The notes beneath the pieces are model-generated. The model had not been told where the DNA came from and made no database searches. It saw only the letters and a list, made by a program, of their open reading frames with translations. Shown one piece after another: positions 48,501 to 57,615 of a stretch of 64,000 bases of DNA (positions are counted from its first letter, which is position 1; the number at the start of each line of letters is the position of its first letter). Position numbers and translations under genes: made by a program. The stretch is from Escherichia coli (lineage in GTDB: Bacteria > Pseudomonadota > Gammaproteobacteria > Enterobacterales > Enterobacteriaceae): NCBI RefSeq assembly GCF_041248615.1, contig NZ_CP158426.1. One strand, given 5' to 3'.

Positions 48501-50934
48501 GCAAAAGCTGACGTTAGCCGAACATGGCGGAGCCTATGGCGCAACGGCCGATATGTCGGCAAAAATCGGTGGTGAAGGGGATCTGGCAATCAATACGGTG
48601 CGACAGGTTTCGCTTTCTAACGGTCAGAACGACTATCAGGGGGCAACCTACGTTCAGATGGGGACATTACGTACCGATGCGGATGGCGCGCTGGGCAATA
48701 CTCGGGAACTGAACATCAGCAACGCGGCCATCGTCGATCTTAATGGATCGGCCCAGACGGTAGAGACATTCACCGGGCTGATGGGTTCGACTGTTTTGTT
48801 TAAAGAGGGGTCGCTGACGGTAAATAAAGGTGGGATCAGTCAGGGTGAACTGACAGGTGGCGGAAACCTGAATGTTACAGGGGGAACGCTGGCTATCGAG
48901 GGGCTTAATGCACGCTACAATGCGTTAACCAGCGTTAGCCCAAATGCGGAAGTCAGCCTCGATAATACGCAGGGGTTAGGCAGAGGAAATATTGCCAATG
49001 ACGGTCTGTTAACGCTAAAAAACGTGACTGGCGAACTGCGCAATAGCATAAGCGGGAAGGGTATCGTGAGCGCAACCGCCAGGACAGATGTAGAGCTGGA
49101 TGGCGATAATAGCCGCTTTGTGGGGCAATTCAACATTGATACAGGCAGCGCGCTCAGCGTCAACGAGCAGAAAAACTTGGGTGATGCTTCCGTTATCAAT
49201 AATGGCCTGCTCACCATCTCCACTGAGCGTAGCTGGGCGATGACGCACAATATCAGCGGTAGCGGTGATGTGACAAAACTGGGTACCGGGATCCTGACTC
49301 TTAACAAAGATTCCGCGGCGTATCAGGGTACGACGGATATCGTGGGTGGTGAAATTGCTTTCGGTTCCGACTCTGCCATTAATATGGCAAGTCAGCACAT
49401 TAATATCCATAACAGCGGTGTGATGTCGGGAAATGTCACCACTGCAGGTGATGTGAACGTTATGCCAGGGGGGACACTGCGTGTCGCTAAAACCACTGTC
49501 GGCGGTAACCTGGAGAATGGTGGCACGGTTCAAATGAACAGCGAAGGGGGGAAACCGGGGAATGTACTGACCGTTAACGGTAACTATACCGGAAACAATG
49601 GCCTGATGACGTTCAACGCGACGCTGGGCGGCGATAATTCGCCCACCGATAAGATGAACGTGAAAGGCGATACCCAAGGGAATACTCGCGTTCGGGTTGA
49701 TAACATTGGCGGCGTCGGTGCACAAACGGTCAACGGTATTGAACTCATTGAGGTCGGCGGTAATTCTGCAGGTAACTTCGCGCTGACCACCGGAACTGTC
49801 GAAGCTGGGGCTTACGTCTACACGCTGGCTAAAGGGAAGGGGAATGACGAGAAAAACTGGTATCTGACCAGTAAATGGGACGGCGTAACGCCAGCGGATA
49901 CACCCGATCCCATCAATAATCCCCCTGTTGTGGATCCGGAAGGCCCATCAGTTTATCGCCCGGAGGCCGGAAGCTATATCAGCAACATTGCCGCAGCCAA
50001 CTCGCTGTTTAGCCATCGCTTACACGACCGTCTGGGTGAGCCGCAGTATACAGATTCACTGCATTCTCAGGGTTCGGCAAGCAGTATGTGGATGCGTCAT
50101 GTCGGAGGGCACGAACGTTCAAGGGCCGGTGACGGTCAGCTAAATACTCAGGCTAACCGCTATGTATTGCAGCTAGGCGGCGATTTGGCGCAGTGGAGTA
50201 GCATCGCGCAGGATCGCTGGCATCTCGGCGTCATGGCAGGCTATGCCAATCAGCACAGTAATACTCAGAGTAATCGTGTGGGTTATAAATCGGATGGGCG
50301 CATCAGCGGGTACAGCGCTGGGATTTACGCGACCTGGTATCAGAACGATGCGAATAAGACCGGCGCTTATGTTGACAGCTGGGCGCTGTATAACTGGTTT
50401 GATAACAGCGTCAGTTCCGATAACCGTTCTGCTGACGACTATGATTCTCGCGGTGTGACGGCCTCTGTTGAGGGTGGGTATACCTTTGAAGCGGGAACAT
50501 TTAGCGGCAGCGAAGGGACGCTGAATACCTGGTACGTCCAGCCACAGGCGCAAATCACCTGGATGGGTGTGAAAGATTCTGACCATACCCGGAAAGACGG
50601 AACACGCATTGAAACGGAAGGCGACGGAAACGTGCAAACGCGACTTGGGGTGAAAACCTACCTGAACAGTCATCACCAGCGTGACAATGGTAAACAGCGT
50701 GAGTTCCAGCCTTACATTGAAGCGAACTGGATCAACAACAGCAAAGTCTACGCCGTGAAGATGAATGGTCAAACCGTAAGCCGTGATGGTGCGCGTAATC
50801 TCGGTGAAGTACGTACCGGGGTTGAGGCGAAAGTAAATAACAACCTTAGCCTGTGGGGGAATGTCGGTGTGCAACTAGGTGATAAAGGCTATAGCGATAC
50901 TCAGGGCATGCTGGGTGTGAAATATAGCTGGTAA
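45514..50934 (+). CDS. type Va (AIDA-I-like) autotransporter adhesin, intact 1806-aa ORF
   Basis: extended signal peptide MNRIYRVIWNCTLQAFQV...; long passenger with repetitive G-T-G-x-L-N-I beta-helix units; C-terminal barrel ending YSW. Confidence 0.8.
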   Translation: MNRIYRVIWNCTLQAFQVCSELTRRVGKTSTVNLRKSSGLTTKFSRLTLGVLLALSGSASGASLEVDNDQITNIDTDVAYDAYLVGWYGTGVLNILAGGNASLTTITTSVIGGNENSKGTVNVLGGTWRLYDSGNNARPLNVGQSGTGMLNIKQKGHVDGGYLRLGTQAVGVGMVNVEGEDSVLTTELFEIGSYGTGSLNITDKAYVTSSIVAILGYQTGSNGQVVVEKGGEWLIKNNDSSIEFQIGNQGTGEATIREGGLITAENTIIGGNATGIGTLNVQDQDSVITVRRLYNGYFGNGTVNISNNGLINNKEYSLVGVQDGSHGVVNVTDKGHWNFLGTGEAFRYIYIGDAGDGELNVSSEGKVDSGIITAGMKETGTGNITVKDKNSVITNLGTNLGYDGHGEMNISNEGLVVSNGGSSLGYGETGVGKVSITTGGMWEVNKNVYTTIGVAGVGNLNISDGGKFVSQNITFLGDKASGIGTLNLMDATSSFDTVGINVGNFGSGIVNVSNGATLNSTGYGFIGGNASGKGIVNISTDSLWNLKTSSTNAQLLQVGVLGAGELNITTGGIVKARDTQIALNDKSKGDVRVDGQNSLLEAFNMNVGTTGTGTLTLTNNGTLNVEGGEVYLGVFEPAVGTLNIGAAHGEAAVDAGFITNATKVEFGSGEGVFVFNHTNNSDAGYQVYMLITGDDKDGKVIHDAGHTVFNAGNTYSGKTLVNDGLLTIASHTADGVTGMGSSEVTIANPGTLDILASTNSAGDYTLTNALKGDGLMRVQLSSSDKMFGFTHATGTEFAGVAQLKDSTFALERDNTAALTHAMLQSDSENTTSVKVGEQSIGGLAMNGGTLTFDTDIPAATLAEGYISVDTLVVGAGDYTWKGRNYQVNGTGDVLIDVPKPWNDPMANNPLTTLNLLEHDDSHVGVQLVKAQTVIGSGGSLTLRDLQGDEVEADKTLHIAQNGTVVAEGDYGFRLTTAPGDGLYVNYGLKALNIHGGQKLTLAEHGGAYGATADMSAKIGGEGDLAINTVRQVSLSNGQNDYQGATYVQMGTLRTDADGALGNTRELNISNAAIVDLNGSAQTVETFTGLMGSTVLFKEGSLTVNKGGISQGELTGGGNLNVTGGTLAIEGLNARYNALTSVSPNAEVSLDNTQGLGRGNIANDGLLTLKNVTGELRNSISGKGIVSATARTDVELDGDNSRFVGQFNIDTGSALSVNEQKNLGDASVINNGLLTISTERSWAMTHNISGSGDVTKLGTGILTLNKDSAAYQGTTDIVGGEIAFGSDSAINMASQHINIHNSGVMSGNVTTAGDVNVMPGGTLRVAKTTVGGNLENGGTVQMNSEGGKPGNVLTVNGNYTGNNGLMTFNATLGGDNSPTDKMNVKGDTQGNTRVRVDNIGGVGAQTVNGIELIEVGGNSAGNFALTTGTVEAGAYVYTLAKGKGNDEKNWYLTSKWDGVTPADTPDPINNPPVVDPEGPSVYRPEAGSYISNIAAANSLFSHRLHDRLGEPQYTDSLHSQGSASSMWMRHVGGHERSRAGDGQLNTQANRYVLQLGGDLAQWSSIAQDRWHLGVMAGYANQHSNTQSNRVGYKSDGRISGYSAGIYATWYQNDANKTGAYVDSWALYNWFDNSVSSDNRSADDYDSRGVTASVEGGYTFEAGTFSGSEGTLNTWYVQPQAQITWMGVKDSDHTRKDGTRIETEGDGNVQTRLGVKTYLNSHHQRDNGKQREFQPYIEANWINNSKVYAVKMNGQTVSRDGARNLGEVRTGVEAKVNNNLSLWGNVGVQLGDKGYSDTQGMLGVKYSW

Positions 50935-50941
50935 ACCGTAT

Positions 50942-50970
50942 AAGCCGCATGTCGAAGATGCATGCGGCTT
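50942..50970. terminator. perfect 10-bp hairpin (AAGCCGCATG...CATGCGGCTT) downstream of the autotransporter
   Basis: read directly; no T-tract, so may be a stabiliser rather than a terminator. Confidence 0.35.
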
Positions 50971-51009
50971 AATATTGCCGACTTCAAACGACTTTTAAAT
51001 CCTCCTTTT

Positions 51010-51123
51010 TATCCGCGATCGCGGATATCGCAGCGTTTATCCCGTAGAGCGGATAAGATGTGTTTCCAGATTGACTTTATCCTCACTAAAGGATAAAACT
51101 GATAATATCCCCTTGAGCGGATA
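51010..51123. promoter_or_regulatory. four HipB operators, TATCC-N8-GGATA (about 51010..51027, 51038..51055, 51078..51095, 51106..51123)
   Basis: all four palindromes read directly upstream of hipB; matches the established hipBA operator architecture. Confidence 0.8.
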
Positions 51124-51144
51124 AATTTGCTGTGGACGTATGAC

Positions 51145-51411
51145 ATGATGAGCTTTCAGAAGATCTATAGCCCAACGCAATTAGCGAATGCAATGAAACT
51201 GGTTCGTCAGCAAAATGGCTGGACGCAGAGCGGGCTGGCGAAAAAAATCGGCATTAAGCAGGCGACAATTTCCAATTTCGAAAACAACCCTGACAATACC
51301 ACGCTGACGACATTTTTTAAGATTTTACAGTCGCTTGAACTCTCAATGACGCTATGCGACACGAAAAATGCCTCGCCAGAATCAACAGAACAGCAAGATC
51401 TGGAGTGGTAA
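51145..51411 (+). CDS. hipB: antitoxin HipB (Cro/C1-type HTH)
   Basis: ORF track 51127..51411; ATG at 51145 gives the 88-aa MMSFQKIYSPTQ start. Confidence 0.9.
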   Translation: MMSFQKIYSPTQLANAMKLVRQQNGWTQSGLAKKIGIKQATISNFENNPDNTTLTTFFKILQSLELSMTLCDTKNASPESTEQQDLEW

Positions 51412-52733
51412 TGCCTAAACTTGTCACTTGGATGAACAACCAGCGGGTAGGCGAGTTAACGAAGTTAGCCAATGGCGCGCACACCTTTAAGTATGCACCG
51501 GAGTGGTTAGCCAACCGTTATGCCAGACCGTTATCACTTTCGCTGCCATTGCAGAGGGGGAATATCACCTCTGATGCTGTATTTAACTTCTTCGATAACC
51601 TGCTACCCGATAGCCCGATTGTACGTGACCGGATCGTTAAACGTTATCATGCTAAATCCAGACAACCGTTTGATTTATTGTCAGAAATAGGGCGAGATAG
51701 CGTTGGTGCCGTAACGTTATTACCCGAAAATGAAACCATAACGCGCCCGATAATGGCATGGGAACAGCTCACTGAAGCCAGGCTTGAAGAAGTATTAACG
51801 GCTTATAAAGCAGATATCCCTCTGGGCATGATTAGAGAAGAAAATGACTTTCGCATCTCGGTTGCTGGCGCGCAGGAGAAGACAGCGCTGCTCAGAATAG
51901 GCAATGACTGGTGCATTCCGAAAGGAATAACGCCGACGACGCACATCATTAAATTACCGATTGGCGAAATCAGGCAGCCCAATGCGACGCTCGATCTCAG
52001 CCAAAGCGTTGATAATGAGTATTACTGTCTGCTGCTGGCGAAAGAACTTGGGTTGAATGTGCCGGACGCAGAAATCATTAAAGCGGGAAATGTGCGCGCG
52101 TTAGCGGTCGAACGTTTTGACAGGCGTTGGAATGCTGAGCGAACGGTTTTACTTCGCTTGCCACAGGAGGATATGTGTCAGACATTCGGTTTACCTTCAT
52201 CGGTGAAATATGAATCAGATGGAGGCCCAGGCATCGCGCGGATCATGGCTTTTTTGATGGGGTCCAGCGAGGCGCTGAAAGATCGCTATGATTTTATGAA
52301 GTTTCAGGTGTTCCAGTGGTTGATTGGCGCAACGGATGGCCATGCAAAAAACTTCTCCGTATTTATTCAGGCTGGCGGCAGTTATCGACTCACGCCATTT
52401 TACGACATCATTTCAGCATTTCCGGTATTGGGTGGCGCAGGAATACACATCAGCGATCTCAAACTGGCAATGGGGCTTAACGCATCCAAAGGCAAAAAAA
52501 CGGCAATCGATAAAATTTATCCGCGACATTTTCTGGCGACAGCAAAGGTGCTGAAATTTCCGGAAGTGCAGATGCATGAAATCCTGAGTGACTTTGCCAG
52601 AATGATTCCGGCAGCACTGGATAACGTGAAGACTTCATTACCGACAGATTTTCCGGAGAACGTGGTGACGGCAGTTGAAACCAATGTGTTGAGGTTGCAC
52701 GGCCGGTTAAGCCGAGAATACGGTATTAAGTAA
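51411..52733 (+). CDS. hipA: serine/threonine kinase toxin HipA
   Basis: ORF track 51354..52733; ATG at 51411 overlaps the hipB stop by 1 nt (TAATG); 440 aa; residue 22 is Gly. Confidence 0.9.
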   Translation: MPKLVTWMNNQRVGELTKLANGAHTFKYAPEWLANRYARPLSLSLPLQRGNITSDAVFNFFDNLLPDSPIVRDRIVKRYHAKSRQPFDLLSEIGRDSVGAVTLLPENETITRPIMAWEQLTEARLEEVLTAYKADIPLGMIREENDFRISVAGAQEKTALLRIGNDWCIPKGITPTTHIIKLPIGEIRQPNATLDLSQSVDNEYYCLLLAKELGLNVPDAEIIKAGNVRALAVERFDRRWNAERTVLLRLPQEDMCQTFGLPSSVKYESDGGPGIARIMAFLMGSSEALKDRYDFMKFQVFQWLIGATDGHAKNFSVFIQAGGSYRLTPFYDIISAFPVLGGAGIHISDLKLAMGLNASKGKKTAIDKIYPRHFLATAKVLKFPEVQMHEILSDFARMIPAALDNVKTSLPTDFPENVVTAVETNVLRLHGRLSREYGIK

Positions 52734-53131
52734 GATATGGGGTTTTGGTCGTTGTTAATGAGCAGGACAATCATGACCGCCAACGACTGGATTCTCCCTT
52801 GGTTTATGTTGGTGCGCATAATGTATATTATGTTAAATGTGGTGGGTTTGTTCTTAAGTTCATGTGTTCCGCTCTTTCAGTAGCTTAACTGATGAATCAG
52901 TCAGCAGCTCTTGCCGTGCAAGCTACGCGGCGGTTCGTACCAGATTGGCCACCTCCATCTCCTGGTTCGCTTTCCCCTCCCCCCGGTAAACCTCACCCAA
53001 CGTTAATTAATGATGTCAGTATGTGGGCGCTATCCTTGTATGTAAAATCCACTGACGATTACGCCCATCTGTGAAAAAAAACTCACAATGCCATTCGATG
53101 CATCTCCATACTGAACGAGGCGTTATCGTCT

Positions 53132-54031
53132 TTATCGCCCCGTAGTGGATATCAGAAAATCAATCAGGGCCTTCACTCTTTTCGTTTTACCCGCGTTTTT
53201 GGGGTAATAGAGATACACTGGCGGGTAGGTTTTCCAGTATCTCTCCATCACCGGAATAAAGCGCTCCCTGTCCGGCTGTAACTGCCAGACAGGCTCAAAC
53301 AAGCGCCCAATTCCCAGCCCGTTACGGATCCCGTCTGCCATAACGTCAATATCGTTGCTGATTAACTGCCCCGGCATCTCAACGGTCAACTGCTCACCGC
53401 GATCGTTCAGGAGCAGCGGAAGGATGCGGTTGTTGGTGATAAAACGGTAACCAATCAGCTGGTGATGACAGAGATCTGCCGGCACTTCAGGCGTTCCATG
53501 TCGGGAGAGATACGCTGAGGATGCATATAATCCTTCACGAAACGGTTTCATTAACGGTCGGGCCACCACCCCTCCCTCAAGAATATCGCCAAAACGGATC
53601 CCCAGATCAAAACGCTCTTTGATGATATTCACGGTACCGTCGTAGACCGAAATTTCTAACTGTATACCCGGATATTGCTGACAGAATTCTGCCATCGCAG
53701 GCTTAAGAATTAACAGGTAGGCAAAACGCGAGAGCGTAATTCGCACCATCCCAGAGGGCTCCTGATGCTGGTCGCGAATGCTTTCAAGTGAGTTTTCCAG
53801 CGACTCCACCGCCGCAGCGGTCTGTTCCAGCAATAATTGACCGGTTTCCGTCAGCTCTATACGGCGGGTCGTACGCACAAAAAGCGGATGGCCGATATAC
53901 TCTTCCAGCAGCTTTAGTGCATTGCTGACGGAGGGAGGCGTAATTTCCAGTTTCCTTGCGGCTGCCGAAATATTGCCCTCCCGCGCAATGCTCTGGAAGA
54001 TGCGAATCTGGTTATAAAGAGCGTTATTCAT
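53132..54031 (-). CDS. LysR-family transcriptional regulator (island-encoded)
   Basis: 299-aa ORF; N-terminal HTH (ISAAARKLEITPPSVSNALKLLEE); divergent from the enzyme run. Confidence 0.8.
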   Translation of the reverse strand: MNNALYNQIRIFQSIAREGNISAAARKLEITPPSVSNALKLLEEYIGHPLFVRTTRRIELTETGQLLLEQTAAAVESLENSLESIRDQHQEPSGMVRITLSRFAYLLILKPAMAEFCQQYPGIQLEISVYDGTVNIIKERFDLGIRFGDILEGGVVARPLMKPFREGLYASSAYLSRHGTPEVPADLCHHQLIGYRFITNNRILPLLLNDRGEQLTVEMPGQLISNDIDVMADGIRNGLGIGRLFEPVWQLQPDRERFIPVMERYWKTYPPVYLYYPKNAGKTKRVKALIDFLISTTGR

Positions 54032-54166
54032 AATGTTTTCCTAAGCAATTCTCGCCTGATTATTAAGTACAGTCTAAAAATGCTTAAGTCAATGACCCTC
54101 TAATCTTCCTGAAATACGCCTCTTATACTTTAGTCTCTTTCTACTACGACCTGAGTTCAGGAGACT

Positions 54167-54478
54167 ATGATGCGAATTTTATGTCTGGATATCCCTGCCC
54201 CTGGAGCATCGCTGGAGAAATATGCTCCGCACCTCAACGCTGAAGCGCTGCACGCCTGGGGATTGTATAAATCAGGCTTCATCCGCGACATCTACTTCCG
54301 TCAGGACAGACCTGGCGTCGCTATTTTTCTTGAATGTGACTCTGTCGATGAAGCGATGAACGTTATGGCCGAATTCCCGTTGGCAAAAGCAGGCTTACTA
54401 AGCTTCGAGTGTATACCGCTTGGCTCCTTTATTAACTGGGAAAATCTCTTCGCCGATGAATTTAAAAATAAAGAGTGA
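54167..54478 (+). CDS. small alpha+beta barrel protein, muconolactone isomerase/Dabb-like (tentative)
   Basis: 103-aa ORF with AGGAG RBS; family assignment from pattern resemblance only. Confidence 0.45.
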   Translation: MMRILCLDIPAPGASLEKYAPHLNAEALHAWGLYKSGFIRDIYFRQDRPGVAIFLECDSVDEAMNVMAEFPLAKAGLLSFECIPLGSFINWENLFADEFKNKE

Positions 54479-54486
54479 GGACCGAT

Positions 54487-55179
54487 ATGAAACCTGCATA
54501 TAAACCAGTGCTATGTGTCGTTTCCAGCCATCCGATTAAAGGCGCATCCGGTGTACCAACCGGTTTTTTCCTGGCCGAGCTGACTCATCCGCTGAAAGTA
54601 CTGGAAGATGCCGGAATAAAAACAACAATAGCCAGTATTCGCGGGGGGCAGCCACCGGTGGATGGATTTGACCTCAGCGACCCTGTTAACGCCTGGTACT
54701 GGAACGAAACCGATTTTCAGCAGCGCCTGGCAACAACACCTGCGTTATCCGAGCTGAAAGGTGCCGATTACAGCGCAGTTTTCTTTGCAGGTGGTCATGG
54801 GACCATGTGGGATTTCCGTGATAATCAGGATGCCCAGCGTATTATCCGCGAAGTGTATGAAAGTGATGGGATTGTCTCAGCCGTCTGCCACGGGCCTGCG
54901 GCATTGGTTGACGCAAAACTCAGTAGCGGCGAATACCTGATAAAAGGGAAAAATGTGGCGGCCTTTACCAACAAGGAAGAGGAAGAAGTTCACACAACAG
55001 ATGTGGTTCCCTTCCTGCTTGAAACCGCACTTCGCGAGCATGGTGCGCTTTATCATGAAGCTCCAAACTGGTCTGAAAACGTGGTTACCGACGATCGCCT
55101 TATCACGGGGCAGAAGAATCCCGCTTCAGCACATGGGGTTGGTGTGGCGCTGTTAAATGCACTCCGCCGGACAGCTTAA
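54487..55179 (+). CDS. DJ-1/PfpI-family protein (class I glutamine amidotransferase-like fold)
   Basis: ATG at 54487 after GAGG; nucleophile-elbow motif AVCHGPAAL; about 230 aa. Confidence 0.75.
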   Translation: MKPAYKPVLCVVSSHPIKGASGVPTGFFLAELTHPLKVLEDAGIKTTIASIRGGQPPVDGFDLSDPVNAWYWNETDFQQRLATTPALSELKGADYSAVFFAGGHGTMWDFRDNQDAQRIIREVYESDGIVSAVCHGPAALVDAKLSSGEYLIKGKNVAAFTNKEEEEVHTTDVVPFLLETALREHGALYHEAPNWSENVVTDDRLITGQKNPASAHGVGVALLNALRRTA

Positions 55180-55252
55180 TTAATTCATCGTTACTCACCT
55201 TACTTGGCCGGTTTAAGTCAGCCACGATCCGGCCTTTTTTCAGGAGCTGAAT

Positions 55253-56200
55253 ATGAAAACACTACCTCCAGTCGCACTAGGTACATGGTCCTGGGGCACA
55301 GGCTTTGCCGGCGGCGACACCGTCTTTGGTAATCATCTTTCTGATACTCAGATGGCAGAAGTGTTCACTGCGGCCATGAGTAAGGGCCTCAATCTCTGGG
55401 ATACCGCAGCAGTATATGATATGGGGAGTTCCGAGACTGCGCTGGGAGCATTAGTCCGTCAGTTTCCCCGCGAGAACATAATTTTATCCACCAAATTCAC
55501 GCCGCAGATTGCGGACAAGCAGTCTGCGCAGCCTGTCAGCGATATGCTTGAGGCCAGCCTTGGGCGCCTGGGCGTGGACGCGATTGATATCTACTGGATC
55601 CATAATCCCCTCGACGTCGAAAAATGGACACCAGGACTGATCCCACTTTTACAAAGCGGTAAGGTAAAACGCGTAGGTGTTTCCAACCACAATCTGGCAC
55701 AAATCAGACGCGCCAATGAAATCCTTAACGCTTCCGGTTATTCCCTCAGTGCAGTACAAAATCACTACAGCCTGCTCTATCGCGCTTCTGAAGAGGCCGG
55801 GATCCTTGATTATTGCCGACAAAATAACATCACGTTCTTTGCTTACATGGTCCTGGAGCAAGGCGCGCTCAGTGGTCGTTATGATTCAAATCATCCCATG
55901 CCTGCCGGGAGTGGCCGGGCCGAAAGTTATAACGCAGTACTGCCGCAGATAGAAAGACTAACCGCCGCCATGAAAAAAATGGGAGCCGAAAGGAATGCCA
56001 GCGTGGCACAGATAGCCATCGCATGGGCTATTGCGAAAGGTACCCTTCCCCTCGTTGGTGCGACTAAAGTCCATCACGTTCTGGACGCCGCCTGCGCTTC
56101 AGACATCCAGTTACGCGATGAGGAAATCATTCTGCTGGAACAACTCGCCGCAGAGACCAGAGTGGATACACGAGGCGCCTGGGAAAAACCGATGGTGTAA
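55253..56200 (+). CDS. aldo-keto reductase
   Basis: 315-aa ORF; AKR hallmarks (LWDTAAVYD, IYWIHNP). Confidence 0.8.
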   Translation: MKTLPPVALGTWSWGTGFAGGDTVFGNHLSDTQMAEVFTAAMSKGLNLWDTAAVYDMGSSETALGALVRQFPRENIILSTKFTPQIADKQSAQPVSDMLEASLGRLGVDAIDIYWIHNPLDVEKWTPGLIPLLQSGKVKRVGVSNHNLAQIRRANEILNASGYSLSAVQNHYSLLYRASEEAGILDYCRQNNITFFAYMVLEQGALSGRYDSNHPMPAGSGRAESYNAVLPQIERLTAAMKKMGAERNASVAQIAIAWAIAKGTLPLVGATKVHHVLDAACASDIQLRDEEIILLEQLAAETRVDTRGAWEKPMV

Positions 56201-56302
56201 AGCCCGTCCGGAACAGACTGTCATGAATGACACACACGAACGGGCTGTTCCGGGTGATTCTAATCTGTATCACTTTTACTGCTTTGTATGAATGGTGAGA
56301 AT

Positions 56303-56890
56303 ATGAAAATCATTTGCCTCGAAGAAAATTATCTCGACAGCGAGTTAGGGCGAGCGTGTATGCCTGTTGCGCTTGAGCAGGCACCTTTCCTTGGCGACTG
56401 GGGGAAAACCGTCGCTGATGGTCATAATCCTGACCGACTCCCCAGCGCAGAGGTCAACTCCAGGCTTTCTATGTTTGCCTGGGGCTGGCATCACGAAGCG
56501 GGGATCCATTTGTTGCGGCTGATGTTATCGGGCGCATTTGATAAATATCCCAACCTGCAGGTAATCAGTGGCCACTGGGGGGAGATGTTACCCTTCTGGC
56601 TCCAGCGTCTTGATGACAGACTACCACTGGCTGCAACGGGTCTGTCACGCACGCTAACGAGAACCTTCAAGGAACACGTTTACGTTACCCCGTCAGGTAT
56701 GCTGACACTGCCGCACTTCAAGTTTATCTACGAGTTAATGGGGGCAGAAAGGATCCTATTCTCCGTCGATTATCCCTATCAGACCCTGGACGGTGTAAAA
56801 ACCTTTATAGACAGTCTGCCCGTCAACAAGGCTGAAAAAGAGGCCATCGCATTTCGCAATGCAGAACGTTTACTGGGCATCACGGCGTAG
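56303..56890 (+). CDS. amidohydrolase-2 family protein, apparently N-terminally truncated (possible pseudogene)
   Basis: only ~195 aa; has C-terminal-half motifs (SGHWGE, FSVDYPY) but lacks the N-terminal HxH metal-binding region. Confidence 0.5.
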   Translation: MKIICLEENYLDSELGRACMPVALEQAPFLGDWGKTVADGHNPDRLPSAEVNSRLSMFAWGWHHEAGIHLLRLMLSGAFDKYPNLQVISGHWGEMLPFWLQRLDDRLPLAATGLSRTLTRTFKEHVYVTPSGMLTLPHFKFIYELMGAERILFSVDYPYQTLDGVKTFIDSLPVNKAEKEAIAFRNAERLLGITA

Positions 56891-57040
56891 TTCACGGGTT
56901 CGTGATGACCGGTACAATGAGAACAGTTGACCATTATTAGTTTTTGTCTAAAAGTGAATAAGTCTTTACTGCTCTAAAAAAAATAATGGTGTCACTCTAT
57001 ACTGGGTTAAACATTCACCAAATATATTTAACTCATTGAA

Positions 57041-57613
57041 ATGAAAAATATCCTTATTGTTTCAGGCCATCCTGAGCTTACCCATTCCGTCGCCAATGCC
57101 ACGATCCTTGATGAAGTGGAGACCGCCCTTCCTGATGTTGAGATTCGTCGTCTGGACAGGCTCTATCCGGATGGCAAATTCAACATCGCGGCGGAGCAGG
57201 AAAGCCTGCTCAGGGCCGATGTGATTGTCTGGCAGTTCCCTTTTTCCTGGTATGGGCTGCCAGGATTAATGAAAAAATGGCTGGACGAGGTCTTTGTTCA
57301 CGGCTTCGCGCATGGCTCAACGGCGAAACTGGGCGGTAAAAAGCTGATCCTCTCCTTTACAACGGGAGCGCCAGAGGAGCTCTATACCGTCGACAGTTTC
57401 TTTGGCCATACCATTGAAGAGTATCTAATTCGGTTCGAGACCACAGCAAAACTGTGCAATCTTGAGCTGCTGGAGCCGGTTTATACCTGCGGTATCAGCT
57501 ATGCCGATCGGGATGCCGACAAACTCGCGCAGCAAAAAACGCTTGCCCGGGAACACGCTTCAAGGCTTGTCGATCTGCTCAATTCCGTCGTGAATAATCC
57601 AGAGGGAGAATAA
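57041..57613 (+). CDS. flavodoxin-like fold NAD(P)H dehydrogenase (quinone), KefF/MdaB-like
   Basis: 190-aa ORF; N-terminal ILIVSGHP motif. Confidence 0.7.
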   Translation: MKNILIVSGHPELTHSVANATILDEVETALPDVEIRRLDRLYPDGKFNIAAEQESLLRADVIVWQFPFSWYGLPGLMKKWLDEVFVHGFAHGSTAKLGGKKLILSFTTGAPEELYTVDSFFGHTIEEYLIRFETTAKLCNLELLEPVYTCGISYADRDADKLAQQKTLAREHASRLVDLLNSVVNNPEGE

Positions 57614-57615
57614 CA

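Noticed and set aside
52892-53074. 60-aa proline-rich ORF between hipA and the LysR gene
   Set aside because: Compositionally odd, no RBS; lies in the probable 3' region of the convergent LysR gene.
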